From the IMG/VR virus record IMGVR_UViG_3300046660_000488, positions 186,001-250,000 of that record: a stretch of 64,000 nucleotides of DNA; one strand, written 5' to 3'. Position numbers and translations under genes: made by a program. Each line of letters starts with the position of its first letter. The first letter of the stretch is position 1. This document shows positions 16,836 through 27,680 of this stretch, one piece after another. Under the pieces are notes generated by a model, which saw only the letters and a program-made list of their open reading frames with translations, did no database searches and had not been told where the DNA came from.

Positions 16836-19800
16836 TTAGCCCCTCGGGAAGGGCTTATTCGGCGGGGTGAAATTCGCCGTGTAACGAGCGACCCCCTTGG
16901 TGTAGCGGAAATCGTTGATCTGACCGATGTGGCTGTTGCCAGCCGCTTGGGTCTCATAACCACCGACCGTCAGGCGTTTCGTACCGGCCGCCAGCGTTCC
17001 AGTGAAACTGGAGTTCGTGGCGAACTGTGTACCGTTCATGTAGAAACGGCTGACGCCCGAGGCTCGGGTCCAAGCCATGTGAACCCATTGATCCTTCGGG
17101 AAGGTGACACCGCCAAGCGCGACCGAACCACCACCGACGTACAGGGTGATGACACCAGTCGCCGTCGTGTAGAAGATCGTGTCATTGGCCGTGCCAGCGT
17201 TGTAGGCGCCGAAGAAATTGTCGAAGCCGCCCGTGCCGTAGGCCGTCTTATAGAACCATCCTTCCATGGTGAAATCGCCGGATGCCGCCAGAGCGCCGTC
17301 CGTGTTGTCGATGTACATGAACTGGTTGACCAAGGACGTGAGCGACGACGATCCCCACTTTCCGCGAACCGTCGTGATGGTCGAGGCGGTGGTGATCGTG
17401 CGGCCAGACTTCAGTTCGACCGGAGCCGAACCCTGCGCGCCCGTGAGAGGCAACAGGACCATGGTGTTGGCATAGTACGGATCGACCGGGGTCGAGCCCA
17501 CGTATTCGACAGCGAACGTCTGGTCGGCGGTGTAATCACCAACCGAGGCGCGGACGACGATGTTGCTCGTCGCCGAAGCCACGCCCGTGTTCGCGAACGA
17601 ACCGGTGAGCGTGCCATTGCTGTTGAACGTGACGCCGCTCGGGAGCGTGCCCGACACCAGCGAGTAGACCGGCGTTGCCTGCGACGGCGAGGTCGCAACG
17701 ACCGCCGCCGTGTTCAGAACCGTGTTGGCATAACCAGCCGCGACCGTGGCGTTAGCAGCGGTCGTAAACGTCGGCGCGGCCAGACCGCCAATCGCGTCCG
17801 GCGGGGTGAAGGTCGCGGTGTAGCGAGCCTGACCCACCGTCATGCGGAAATCGTCGATGTAGCCGTTGAACTGGTAGCCGTGGGTCGAGTCCGTCGTGTA
17901 CGGGTAGAGGCCCAGCGTGATCGCGTCGGAATTGACGTTGAACGGGATCGCTCCGGCCGCTGTCGTCGATCCAACTTGGACACCGTTCAGCCACAGGGTG
18001 AAGGTCGTGCCACGACGTTGCAGAGCAATGTGATGCCACGTTCCCGTCGTGATCGGCAGGCCGAAGACGCCGTTCAATTGGAACACGTATCCGCTGGCGT
18101 CGGCGTTCTGACCACGGAATTCGACGGCCGTGATCGTGTTCGCATTACCAGCACCGATGGTTCCACCGTAATAGTAGAACTGGATCGCCTTACCGGCATT
18201 GCCGCCGCTGTTCGTGCCAATCGAAATGATCTCGCTCAGCCAACCATCCGCCGTCGCGACCAGAGCCGTGATGTTGGACTTGAACTCGATGGTCCAATCC
18301 TTCGTGCCGAGGTTGAATGCCGCCGGGAGACCGCTCGAACGGATGTAGTTGGTCAGGACGTTCTGGGCGCCGGTGACGCTCAGAGCGCCGGTGTTCAGCG
18401 GCGTGGACTTTGCAGTGCTGTATCCCCCGTTGCCCGAACCCGCCCACGTGATCAGACCCATGGAATCGGTCAGGGTCGGGTTGGCGCGCAGCACCGACAA
18501 CGTGTTGGCGATGAACGGATCGGCTTCGTTGGTGATCGACAGCGTGGCGTCGCGGGTGAAGCCCGTGGCCACGGCCGTGATGGTCGAGTTGGCCGTAGAG
18601 TTGGCAATCGACGTCGCACCAAAGAGCAGACCAGAGTTGCTGATCGACAGACCCGCAGGCAGAGCGCCAGCGGTCACCGTGTAGGTGGTGGCAGGAGGAG
18701 CCGACAGCGGCAGGAGCACCGATGCGTTCGCCGACGTGCGATAGGTCATCGCATTGTTCGTCCACGTCGGAACCGGGTTGCCCATCGACGGGAACGGCGC
18801 GGACGGCGGTGTGAAAGTTGCCGAATAACGGGCTGTTCCAACCGTGATGCGCGGCTCATCCATGTAACCGTACATGTTGTACTGGAAGCCGTTGATCGAC
18901 GTGCCACCAAGGAACAAGGTTGAAGTCGCCTGTGCTTGGAGTGCGGCCGAACCGATAGCCGTGTTGGCAACCGGGGTCAGCTTCACACCGTTGACGAAGA
19001 AATTGATGACCGTTCCTTCGCGCGTGACAGCAACGTGGTTCCACGTGTTCAGCGTGAAATTGGCTCCCATCGCCGCGTAGTAATCGGCGATGACGCCACC
19101 CGACGTGTTGTACGCACGGAACTTGATGTTCGTCGGCGTGGTCGCGTTGGAACCTTGGATGCCAACGTTCCACGAGTGCGTCTGGTTGTTCGTCACATCC
19201 GGCGCCACGTAGGCCATCAGCGTGGACAAGAAAATGTCGTAGGTGCTGACGTTCGACAGGTTCACCCAGCTTTCGATGGTGAAATTGCTGCTTCCGATGA
19301 CCACAGAGTTGGCCTGCGTGCGAGCAAGGTTCCCCGAGTTCCAGTCGTTGGTGTTGAAGAAGAGCGCCGTGTTGCCGAATTTCGACGACGCAGCGCTGAT
19401 TTTCGCGTTGCCAAGATAGATCGTGTTACGACCCGTCGTGTCCGTGGCGTAAGTCACCACGTTGGCTTGAGCATCGGCGTGGTACAGGAACGCGACGTTC
19501 GAGAAATTCTGGTCGAATTCGGCCAGCGTCGTGTAGGTGTAGCTCTTGGTTTTCGACCGACCGGACGTGTCCGTCGCCTTGATGACGAAGGTGTTGTCGG
19601 TGTTGGTCGAGACGTCGGCGAGAACGCCCGAGACTGTACCGGCGTTGGTCAGCACCGTGTTGCCCGGCAGAGTTCCGGACATCAACGTGTAGGTATTTAC
19701 CGCAGCGCCGTTCGCCACGGCGGTGACCGGGATGGCGACGTTGGCGGTCTTGTAGAATGCACCCAGTGATTGGGTCTTGGTCGTGAACGACGGGCCGTTG

Positions 19801-22800
19801 TCTTGGAAATTACCGAAGGCGGCAGTCGGCGGCGTGAAGGGTTCGACGTAACGAGCAACGCCCGGCGTAACGCGCATTTCGTCCATGTAGCCGTTGAACG
19901 CGCCTTGGAAGTTGTTGATGTTGATCGAGCCGTACTGCATGAACGTCTGGCCTGCGATCATCGGCTGCACGAAGCCAGCCGGAAGCTGCAAGGTCGCGAC
20001 CATGTTGCCGTCGATGAATGCGGTCAGGCTGTCACCCTTGCGAACCAAGGCGAAGTGGTGCCATGCGTTCAGCGACACAGCCGGGATCGGAGCACCAAAT
20101 TGCGCGCCGGGGACCAGCGGGCCGGTGTCGGTCGCGTAGCGGGTCTGGATTGTCAGGTAATCCATCGCCGGTGACGTGTTACCGATGAAGATACCCAAGT
20201 GGTTGCCGATGTTGTTCGACGTATTGCCGTTCGTCAGGTTGAGCAAGCAAGAAGCATAGCCCCCGTTGCTATGGGTCGTCAGACCGGACGAATAGAAGAA
20301 CAGTTCGAACGTGTAGTCGTTGGTTCCGAGCGTCGGCATCAAACCCGTACGAACGATGGAGTCCACCGCGCCGTTGAACTTGATCGAAGACGAACCAAAC
20401 TTGGCCTGCTCCGTGCTGATGACCGCTTGCGATCCTAGCGTGTACGTCGGGAAGACGTAGCCGTTATCGGTCAGGTCTTCGGCATGGATGAGCGACGCAA
20501 CATTGGAGTAATAGACGTCACCCGTCGTACCCAGAAGACGATAAGTCCGCGACGGGGTGGTGCGACCATATTGGTCGGTCGCCGAAACCGCGACGTTGGC
20601 GTACACGCCATCCGCCGGACCGGGGCCGGTTACCAGACCATTTGCGGCGGCGGTGTAGCCGTTGGAGACCGTATAGCTGACGGTAGCGTTGCCGAACGTC
20701 GTCGCCGGAGTGGCCAACGCGATAGCAGCATCCGCCTCAACGTTTGCAGTCGTCGCAGCCGTGAAGTACGGTTGGAAGAAGCTCTCCCAAACCGGCGTGA
20801 AGTTTTCGGTGTACTTGGCGATTGACCAGATGTTCAACGAGCGAACATAGGTGTTCATCAGGTTGTTGACCGAACCGGTGTTGCCGTTGTCGTACGCACC
20901 CAGCGTCAGGTTCTGCGAATCAAAATACGTCGAGGCCGGGGTAACCACGGTAACCGTCGCGGTCAGTGTGCCGTTGAGGTACATCCGCATCGTCGTGCCG
21001 ATCTTCACCACAGCAAGGTGGGTCCACACGTTGAGCGTGGTCGCACCGATCTGGCCGGTCGATCCGTTGTACGACCAATTCCACGTGTTCGTTCCCGGTG
21101 CGTAGACGATGTTGAAGCGTTCTTGAGTCGTGCCGACGTTGATCAGGATGCGAACCGTGGTGGTCCCCGGCGTTGCCGTGGCGTAGACCCACGTTTCGGC
21201 CGTGAAATCACCGACCAGTGCGCGAATGCTTGTCGTACCCGAGGTGAATTTAGCGACCGCCGCGTTGAAGTAAGCACAGGTTTCCCCCGGATAACCCGGC
21301 GCCACAGCCATGAGCGGGCCAGCGGCGTAGGTGATCGGAGCGACCGTGCCGACTTCCGGCGTTAGGGTCGTGTAGGCCACGCCGGTGTTGGCGTTGTTCA
21401 GACGCCACGACAGTGACAGCGCGTTGGCGGTGGTCAGGGTCGGGGCGACACTGAAGGTGCGGGCCGGGGTCTTGTTGCCGTTGCCGTCCGTCGCAATAGC
21501 ATCGAACGACACGGCCGTGGCAGTGTAGGTCGGATACGAACCGGTGATCACACCGTTGCTCAGCAGGCTCAGGTCGCCGGGCAGGGTCGAGTAGGACGCC
21601 AGTGCATAGGTGAGGTGACCGGTCGCATACGGATCGGTCGAGACGAGAGCCACGTTGCTGACGGCCGACTTTTCGTTTCCGCTGGAAACGACACCCGAAA
21701 GCGTCGTCCACTTCGGCAGGCTCGGCGACGAGACCGGAACGTCGTAGCTCGCGCCGGAATAACGCGCAGCATTGGTCAGACGGACTTCGTCGATGTAGCC
21801 GTTCAGACCACGGTGGGTCGCCGTGGCGTCACCGTTGATCAGCAGCGGCGTCGTCAGGTTCTGACGGGTGTACTGCGACGTGGCGACGCGAACGCCATCC
21901 ATGTAGAAAGTCAGGTTCGAAGCGCTGTCGCCGACGATGGCGATGTGATGCCATTCATTCAGCGACACGGCGTTGGCCGAAGCCGCCGTGACCGTCGATC
22001 CGCCCGTGCCCGTGTAGTAGACAACACCTTCCATCTTGCGGTCCGATCCGCGAACGCGCATCGCGAAATTGACCGAAGCATCGGCGTTTTTCTTCAGGAG
22101 GACAGTCGAGTTAGCCGTCTGAGAGGACGTCTGGTAGAACCATCCTTCAACCGTGAACGGGGCCGAGGTCGAGATCGAGTTGAAGGCATAGTTGCCCGAG
22201 GTCGAAGGAAGCGACAGGGCGACCGTGTTGGCGACCGCCAGTGCAGCGTTGCCGAACTTCGAGAAAGACGTGCTCGGAACAACCGAACCGCCCAGTTGTT
22301 GGGTCGGAATGGCGTAGTAATCTTGCAGCGGCATCTGCATTGCAGCAGTCGGGACGGTGATCGTCGCACCCGAATAACGAGCTTGCCCGACAGTCACGCG
22401 GAAGTCGTCGAAGTTGCCGACGTAGGCGTTGTTCGCGACACCACCGGCGCCGAACAGGAAGCCCGACGCTTCGGTCAGGTTGTAGCCCGGAACCTGCGTG
22501 GTGAACGAGCGCGTGCCGTCGAGGTAGCCCGTGAAACCGGTCGCATCACCTTGGATGACGACGTGGTGCCAGTTGGTGTCCGCGACGGTGCCCATGGTCA
22601 TCGGGATGCCAACGCCATACTTGATGTTGAAGACATTTCCAGCCGAGAAATCGAACAGCAGCGAGTTGGCGGTCGCGCCGTTGCTGCCCAGCCATGCCAG
22701 TCCTTCGTACAGACCGATGCGCGAACGCTTGAACCAGAATTCAATGGTGAACGCTTGGGTGTTGATCGCGCCGTTCGGGAACGCCAAATTGGTGGTCGAG

Positions 22801-25800
22801 TTGAGGGCGATAGCCATGCTGGCCGTGCCGAACTTGATGTTGGTCGTGTCACGGCTGTGTCCCGAACCGGTCAGTTGGTTCGACGAGCCATAATTCAGCA
22901 AATCAGCGTCGGCGGGGATGAACGAAACGACGTTGGCCCAGTACTGATCAACCGTGTCGTCGTAGTGGCCCAGATAGGCGACGGCGTTGGAGTAATTGTC
23001 GCTGAAAGTCGTATCGCGCAGGACGGTGATGGCGAACGAACGGTCTGCGAAGTTGCCAACCGGGTCAGTGACGCGGACGTCGAACGGCGTTGTGGTATCC
23101 GCACCAACCGTCGTCGGAGCGCCACGGATGACGCCGTTCGAACCGTACAGCGTCATGCCGCTCGGAACGGTGGTCGAGTTGACCAGCGAATAAACCAGCG
23201 CACCATTTTCCGGATCGGTCGCCGACAGCGTGAACGTGCCGTTGACGCCTTCGGTGACGTTGCCCAGCGTTCCGGCCGGGGTGACCCAGACCGGCGGACG
23301 GTTGTCCAGAACGGTCAGCGAGAAGGTGCGAGCCGTGGACAGCGTGCCGTCCGAAGCATCGACCGTGAAGTTGTAGGCCGTGTTGGAGGCGACGTTCGGC
23401 AGAGCGCCGACGACCAGACCGTTAGAGCGCAGCGCCAGTGTGCCCGGCAGGGTCGAAGCGTTGAGGCTGTAGGTGACCGTCTTGCCTTGCGGATCGACGG
23501 CGAGCAGCGTGGTGCTGTAGCCCGTGTTTTCCAGACCGCTCGGCAGAGCGCCAGCGTTCGTGGTCCAGACCGGAGCCGTGTCCTTCTGCGAGGTGATCGT
23601 GAAGGTACGATCCGAGCGGATCGCGCCGTCGAAAGCGCCCAGCGTGAAGGTGTAGACGGTGTCGGTCGAGACAGTCGGCAGGTTGCCGCTCAGAACGCCG
23701 TTGGCGGCGTCGAAGGTAGCGCCGTCAGGAAAAGCGCCGGAGATCAGCGAGAGTGTGACGGGCGTGCCGTTCGGATCGGTGGCGACGAAGGTCTTGGAGA
23801 AAGCCGTGCCAGCCAGATCGGTCAGGACGTTGCCAGCAGCCGTCGTCCAGACCGGAGCCACGTTCAGTTGAACCGAGATCGAGAATGCACGATCCGTGGT
23901 CTTGTTGGTGAGCTTATCCTTGGCCGTGATGTAGAACGGATAGGTCGTGTCGTTGGTGACCGCCGGAAGCGTTCCGCTGATGACGCCGGTGTTGGCGTTC
24001 AGGGTCATGCCGCTCGGCAGGAATTCTCCGGTACGGACCGAGTACTCGATGGGGTGACCGTTGGCGACAGCGTTGACCGTGTAGGACTGCGCGGTTTGCT
24101 CCAGAGCCGAACCCAGCGAACCCGCAGCCGTGGTGAACGACGGCGCGGCCGAGAACATGACCGTGTAGCTGAAGCTACGCGACGAAGTGCGCTTGGAATC
24201 CGAGGCCGTGACCGTGAAATTGTAGTCGGTGTCGGTCGAGACCGTTCCAATCGTGCCCGAGATCAGGCCCGTGAACGGGTCCATGCTGAGGCCGCTCGGG
24301 AGCGAACCCGAGGTGATCGAAAGCGTGACCTGTTGGTTTTCCGGATCGGTGACAACCACCGTGTTAGAGACCACGGTTCCTTCGATGTACGTACCGAACG
24401 AACCGGCCGGGGTCGTGAAGACCGGGTCAAGGTTCTTCAGCACCGTGATGCTGAAGGTGCGCTGAACAACGTTGTTGCCGTCCGTGACTTCGAACGTGAA
24501 GGTATAGGTCGTGTCGGTGTAGGTGAGCGGAAGGAACGCACCGCCCGTGCTGATGTAATTGCCGCTGACGGACATGTTCGGCGGAAGCGTGCCGCTGACC
24601 ATGGTGTAGGTGAGCGGCAGGCCTTCCGGATCGGTCGCCACGACGCTGAAGCCAGCGGTGTAGCCCGAGAGGGCCGTGCCCAGCGAACCAGCAGGCGTGG
24701 TCCAAACCGGCGGAGCGTCGGTGGCCACGGACATGGTGAAGGCGCGGTCGGCATAATGGATGCCGTCCGAAGCACGAACCGTGAAATTGTAGGACGTCGT
24801 GGTCGTCACGTTCGGCGTCGTGCCGGTGATGACGCCAGCCGGGGTCATGCCCATACCAGTCGGCAGAGCGCCGCTGATGATGCTGTAGGTCATGACCTGA
24901 CCTTCGGAGTCAGCCGCCGACAGAGCGACCGAAACCGATTTGTTCTTGATGAAATTGCCCAGCGAACCGGCCGGAGTGATCCACGTCGGGGTGCTGTCGG
25001 CCAGCAGCGTGATGCTGAAAGGACGGTCGGCGCTCAGGACGCCATCGCTGGCGCGAATCGTGAAATTGTAGGACTGGCCTTCCTGAGACAGCGTCGTGAT
25101 CCGGCCGCCGATGCTGCCGTTGATCAGAGACAGACCAGTCGGGAGCGCGCCTGACACGACGCTGTAGGTCAGCGACTGGCCATTGGCATCCGTGGCGCTC
25201 AGATTGATGTTGACGGCTTCGTTGGTGCTGAAGCTACCCAGCGAACCGGAAGCCGTGACCCACACCGGAGCCACGTTCTTCTCGACGCGCATGGTGAAGT
25301 CTTGTGTGGCGTCCTTGATGCCGTTGAACGCCTTGATCGTGAAGGCGTAATCTTCAGCATCCGTGACCGCCGGGAACGAGCCACTGAGCAGGCCGCTCTT
25401 GGACATCGTGATGCCGACTGGCAGGACGCCGCTCTCCAGCGTGTAGATCATCGGACCATTGCCGACGCCGCTGGCTTCGAGTTGACGGCTGTAGGCCAGA
25501 CCTTCGATTTGCGTGCCGAGGCTCGGGTTCGTGATCCAGACCGGCGGCGAGTTGAACTTCGTGGTGATCGTGAAGGTGCGCGCCGTGCGGCTCGACTGGT
25601 TGTTCGAATTGTCGTCCGCGTACAGCATGAAGCTGGTCGTGACGTCGTTGTTCACCTTCGGAAGCGAACCGTTGATCACGCCCGTCGCCTGATTGAGCGA
25701 CAGACCCATCGGCAGGATGTTGCCCGGTGCGTTGTAGAAGGCAATCGGACGGCCTTCCGGATCATTCGCCGCGATGGTGGCGCTGAACGGCATGGTCTCG

Positions 25801-27611
25801 AAAGCCGAACCCAGCGAGCCAGCAGGCGTGATCCACACCGGCGGCAGGTTGACCTGCACGACGAGGGAGTAGGCTTGGGCGACCGGAGCGTTGACGCCGT
25901 CGCTGGCGCTGATCGTGAAATTGTAGGTGGTCTCGCTTCCAACGTCCGGCGTGACGCCGCTGATGAGGCCCGTGGAGCCGTTCAGCGTGATACCGGCCGG
26001 AAGCATGCCCGCCGTGATCGAATAGGCCACAGACGTGGCGTTGGGGTCTTGGGCGACCAGTTGCGCGGAGAAATCCGACTTGCCGAGCACAGTGGCGATC
26101 AGGCCAGCGTTCGACACCCAGATCGGCGGGATGTTGTTGCGGACCACGAAGGAAAACGTCTGCGTCGTCTTCTGCTCACCGATGGCGGCTTCGACGTCGA
26201 AGCTGTAGTTGGTATCCGACGCAACCGTGCTCAGCACGCCGCCCAGCAGACCGGTGTTCGCGTCGAGGTTCAGACCAGCCGGGAGCGCGGCCAGAGCCGT
26301 GTAGGTGACCGAACGGTTGGCGCCGGTGCTGTCCGTGGCCTTCAGGGTCTTCGAGACCGGATAGCCTTCGATGCCTTCGCCCAGATCAGCAGCGGTGTTC
26401 CACACCGGCGGCATGTTCTTCAGGGTGGTGATTTGCAGGCTGCGCGACGCGGCGTTGACGCCGTCGTTGGCGACGACCGTGAAGTTGTAGTTGGTGTTGG
26501 TGACGACATCCGGAAGCGTGCCCGAGATCGTGCCCGTCTCTTCCATGGTCAGGTCGCCCGGCAGGGTCGAGCCATTGGCCAGAGTATAAGTGACGAGGTC
26601 GCCGTTCGGATCGGTCGCGTGGGCGTTGAGGACGATGAATTCGCCGCCGAAGCCTTGACCGATCTTGCCAGACGAAATCCAGACCGGTGGGACGTTCTTC
26701 TCAACCTTGATGCGGAAGGTGCGGACCGTGCTCTTGAAACCGTCCGTGGCGGCCACGTTGAACGGGTACATCATGTCGCGGCCAACCGCCGGAGCCACAC
26801 CGGCGACCACGCCCGTGTTGCCGTCGAGGACGATACCGTCCGGCAGAGTTCCGGCGTCGAGGCGGAAGGTAACCGTCTGGCCAGCCGTCGCGTCGGTGGC
26901 TTGCAGTTGGACGTTGAAGGGCTTGCCTTCGACGACCTTGCCGCCGAGATCGCCGCTCAGATAGTCCGGCGTGATCCAGACCGGCGGGGCATTGTACTTG
27001 GTCTGGAAATTGAACGCGCGGTCGGCGGTCATCGTGCCGTCAGAGGCGCGGACGGTGAAGAAGAAATTGGTGTCATCGGTGACCGACGACAGACGGCCGC
27101 TGAGCAGGCCGGTGTTGGATTGCAGCGTCAGACCGCGCGGCAGGGAGCCCGTCAGGACCGAATAGCTGACCGGTGTGCCTTCCGGATCAACAGCTTCGAG
27201 TTGGACGCTGGCGAGGGTGTTGTCGAATTGCGAACCGAGCGACCCTGCGGCGGTCACCCAGACCGGGGCAGAGTTGACAGTGACGTTGGCGGAGAACGTG
27301 CGGGTGGCGGTCTCGCCGTTCGACGTGGCCGACAGTGTGAATTCGTACGAGCCCGCGATGTTGTTCAGCGTGCCGTAGATCGTGCCGGTGTTGATGTCCA
27401 GAGCCGTGCCGGGCGGGAGCGTGCCGCTCTCCAGCGAGAACACCGGCGCCGGACCATTGATGACGCGAACGCGATTGGTCTCTGCAATGTCCGAGCTACC
27501 GACGAACGAGCCGATGTCCCCTTCCGGCGGCGACAGCCAGTCGATCAGGGTCTTATTGGTTGCTGCTTGGTTCAGCCAAGTAAGTTTCAGGCCGTCGTAC
27601 TTAATACCCAT
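16836..27611 (-). CDS. Giant virion fibre/adhesin-like protein (3591 aa): ~15 tandem putative Ig (He_PIG/cadherin-like) repeats then ~7 LamG/concanavalin-like domains alternating with Ig repeats
   Basis: Repeats begin P-[VI]-W-x-T and contain 'ATDPEG..VTYS...G.LP.GL.L...G.ISGT'; LamG units run from 'D.Y..NV' through 'FT[IV]E.W' and 'W.H.A' to 'GY[IM]D[ED].R.T.G.ARY'. TAAATA upstream. Confidence 0.85.
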   Translation of the reverse strand: MGIKYDGLKLTWLNQAATNKTLIDWLSPPEGDIGSFVGSSDIAETNRVRVINGPAPVFSLESGTLPPGTALDINTGTIYGTLNNIAGSYEFTLSATSNGETATRTFSANVTVNSAPVWVTAAGSLGSQFDNTLASVQLEAVDPEGTPVSYSVLTGSLPRGLTLQSNTGLLSGRLSSVTDDTNFFFTVRASDGTMTADRAFNFQTKYNAPPVWITPDYLSGDLGGKVVEGKPFNVQLQATDATAGQTVTFRLDAGTLPDGIVLDGNTGVVAGVAPAVGRDMMYPFNVAATDGFKSTVRTFRIKVEKNVPPVWISSGKIGQGFGGEFIVLNAHATDPNGDLVTYTLANGSTLPGDLTMEETGTISGTLPDVVTNTNYNFTVVANDGVNAASRSLQITTLKNMPPVWNTAADLGEGIEGYPVSKTLKATDSTGANRSVTYTALAALPAGLNLDANTGLLGGVLSTVASDTNYSFDVEAAIGEQKTTQTFSFVVRNNIPPIWVSNAGLIATVLGKSDFSAQLVAQDPNATSVAYSITAGMLPAGITLNGSTGLISGVTPDVGSETTYNFTISASDGVNAPVAQAYSLVVQVNLPPVWITPAGSLGSAFETMPFSATIAANDPEGRPIAFYNAPGNILPMGLSLNQATGVINGSLPKVNNDVTTSFMLYADDNSNNQSSRTARTFTITTKFNSPPVWITNPSLGTQIEGLAYSRQLEASGVGNGPMIYTLESGVLPVGITMSKSGLLSGSFPAVTDAEDYAFTIKAFNGIKDATQDFTMRVEKNVAPVWVTASGSLGSFSTNEAVNINLSATDANGQSLTYSVVSGALPTGLSLINGSIGGRITTLSQEGQSYNFTIRASDGVLSADRPFSITLLADSTPTWITPAGSLGNFIKNKSVSVALSAADSEGQVMTYSIISGALPTGMGMTPAGVITGTTPNVTTTTSYNFTVRASDGIHYADRAFTMSVATDAPPVWTTPAGSLGTALSGYTAGFSVVATDPEGLPLTYTMVSGTLPPNMSVSGNYISTGGAFLPLTYTDTTYTFTFEVTDGNNVVQRTFSITVLKNLDPVFTTPAGSFGTYIEGTVVSNTVVVTDPENQQVTLSITSGSLPSGLSMDPFTGLISGTIGTVSTDTDYNFTVTASDSKRTSSRSFSYTVMFSAAPSFTTAAGSLGSALEQTAQSYTVNAVANGHPIEYSVRTGEFLPSGMTLNANTGVISGTLPAVTNDTTYPFYITAKDKLTNKTTDRAFSISVQLNVAPVWTTAAGNVLTDLAGTAFSKTFVATDPNGTPVTLSLISGAFPDGATFDAANGVLSGNLPTVSTDTVYTFTLGAFDGAIRSDRTFTITSQKDTAPVWTTNAGALPSGLENTGYSTTLLAVDPQGKTVTYSLNASTLPGTLALRSNGLVVGALPNVASNTAYNFTVDASDGTLSTARTFSLTVLDNRPPVWVTPAGTLGNVTEGVNGTFTLSATDPENGALVYSLVNSTTVPSGMTLYGSNGVIRGAPTTVGADTTTPFDVRVTDPVGNFADRSFAITVLRDTTFSDNYSNAVAYLGHYDDTVDQYWANVVSFIPADADLLNYGSSNQLTGSGHSRDTTNIKFGTASMAIALNSTTNLAFPNGAINTQAFTIEFWFKRSRIGLYEGLAWLGSNGATANSLLFDFSAGNVFNIKYGVGIPMTMGTVADTNWHHVVIQGDATGFTGYLDGTRSFTTQVPGYNLTEASGFLFGAGGVANNAYVGNFDDFRVTVGQARYSGATITVPTAAMQMPLQDYYAIPTQQLGGSVVPSTSFSKFGNAALAVANTVALSLPSTSGNYAFNSISTSAPFTVEGWFYQTSSQTANSTVLLKKNADASVNFAMRVRGSDRKMEGVVYYTGTGGSTVTAASANAVSLNEWHHIAIVGDSASNLTFYMDGVRVATSQYTRQNLTTPLLINGDATATHRGLNGYIDEVRLTNAARYSGASYDVPVSSPSLPKWTTLSGVVSSGNEKSAVSNVALVSTDPYATGHLTYALASYSTLPGDLSLLSNGVITGSYPTYTATAVSFDAIATDGNGNKTPARTFSVAPTLTTANALSLSWRLNNANTGVAYTTLTPEVGTVAPITYAAGPLMAVAPGYPGETCAYFNAAVAKFTSGTTSIRALVGDFTAETWVYATATPGTTTVRILINVGTTQERFNIVYAPGTNTWNWSYNGSTGQIGATTLNVWTHLAVVKIGTTMRMYLNGTLTATVTVVTPASTYFDSQNLTLGAYDNGNTGSVNNLMNTYVRSLNIWSIAKYTENFTPVWESFFQPYFTAATTANVEADAAIALATPATTFGNATVSYTVSNGYTAAANGLVTGPGPADGVYANVAVSATDQYGRTTPSRTYRLLGTTGDVYYSNVASLIHAEDLTDNGYVFPTYTLGSQAVISTEQAKFGSSSIKFNGAVDSIVRTGLMPTLGTNDYTFELFFYSSGLTTHSNGGYASCLLNLTNGNTSNNIGNHLGIFIGNTSPAMDYLTIQTRYATDTGPLVPGAQFGAPIPAVSLNAWHHFALVRKGDSLTAFIDGNMVATLQLPAGFVQPMIAGQTFMQYGSININNFQGAFNGYMDEMRVTPGVARYVEPFTPPTAAFGNFQDNGPSFTTKTQSLGAFYKTANVAIPVTAVANGAAVNTYTLMSGTLPGNTVLTNAGTVSGVLADVSTNTDNTFVIKATDTSGRSKTKSYTYTTLAEFDQNFSNVAFLYHADAQANVVTYATDTTGRNTIYLGNAKISAASSKFGNTALFFNTNDWNSGNLARTQANSVVIGSSNFTIESWVNLSNVSTYDIFLSTLMAYVAPDVTNNQTHSWNVGIQGSNATTPTNIKFRAYNTSGGVIADYYAAMGANFTLNTWNHVAVTREGTVINFFVNGVKLTPVANTAIGSAALQAQATSTLFLGGTSINGFQYNMYGYMDEPRITVGTARYSATFTPPSAPFPSMGNPVPTWTNNAMTYRTSANASVLLPLSAPPATTYTVTAGALPAGLSISNSGLLFGATSIANSTANSTITAVATGFTRDATLSITNEADPFIANTLSVLRANPTLTDSMGLITWAGSGNGGYSTAKSTPLNTGALSVTGAQNVLTNYIRSSGLPAAFNLGTKDWTIEFKSNITALVATADGWLSEIISIGTNSGGNAGKAIQFYYYGGTIGAGNANTITAVEFRGQNADASGYVFQLNGVFGLPITTGTWHHIALQRRGTTFTLWLNGVQVGSTTAAGAIPFNVNSDAITLGLYPYTTDSTHGYQFNGYIDDFRMTVGQARYTATFTPPDAIGGLAAPTFTTAANATVAAGYANTVLNTAAVVATSPSQATPVYSLVSGTLPSGVTFNSNGTLTGSFANTGVASATSNIVVRASVGDYTADQTFAVEYVGSTPVDPYYANTMVLLPLTGAQGSAPVELKSGRTITTASTITTVRGKWGSSSLTSLVNQFMYIDNTDGALAASGDFTMEGWFYKTAYGTGGFDNFFGAYNAGTANDTIFYTTATGVITLYVGGGSVALGGVTFPKDQWVHMAWTRASGVSRFYMNGTQFATNSSFTGTLAAGTKRLTVGGYETQAAGNSHIGQINDFRYTKGVARYTANFTPPNKPFPRG

Positions 27612-27674
27612 AGTGGCTCATCCTATATGCAAACAATGTGAGATTTATCGGCGACCGCGAGCACCGAGACGCAG

Positions 27675-27680
27675 TATTTA
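27675..27680 (-). promoter_or_regulatory. T4-like late promoter core for the giant fibre gene
   Basis: TAAATA 63 nt upstream of the 27611 start in an AT-rich intergenic region. Confidence 0.55.

Noticed and set aside
16929-27641. Long plus-strand ORFs (664, 1179, 779 aa etc.) antisense to the giant fibre gene
   Set aside because: Shadow ORFs produced by strong GC3 codon bias on the coding strand; Arg/Gly-rich nonsense composition, no RBS or motifs.
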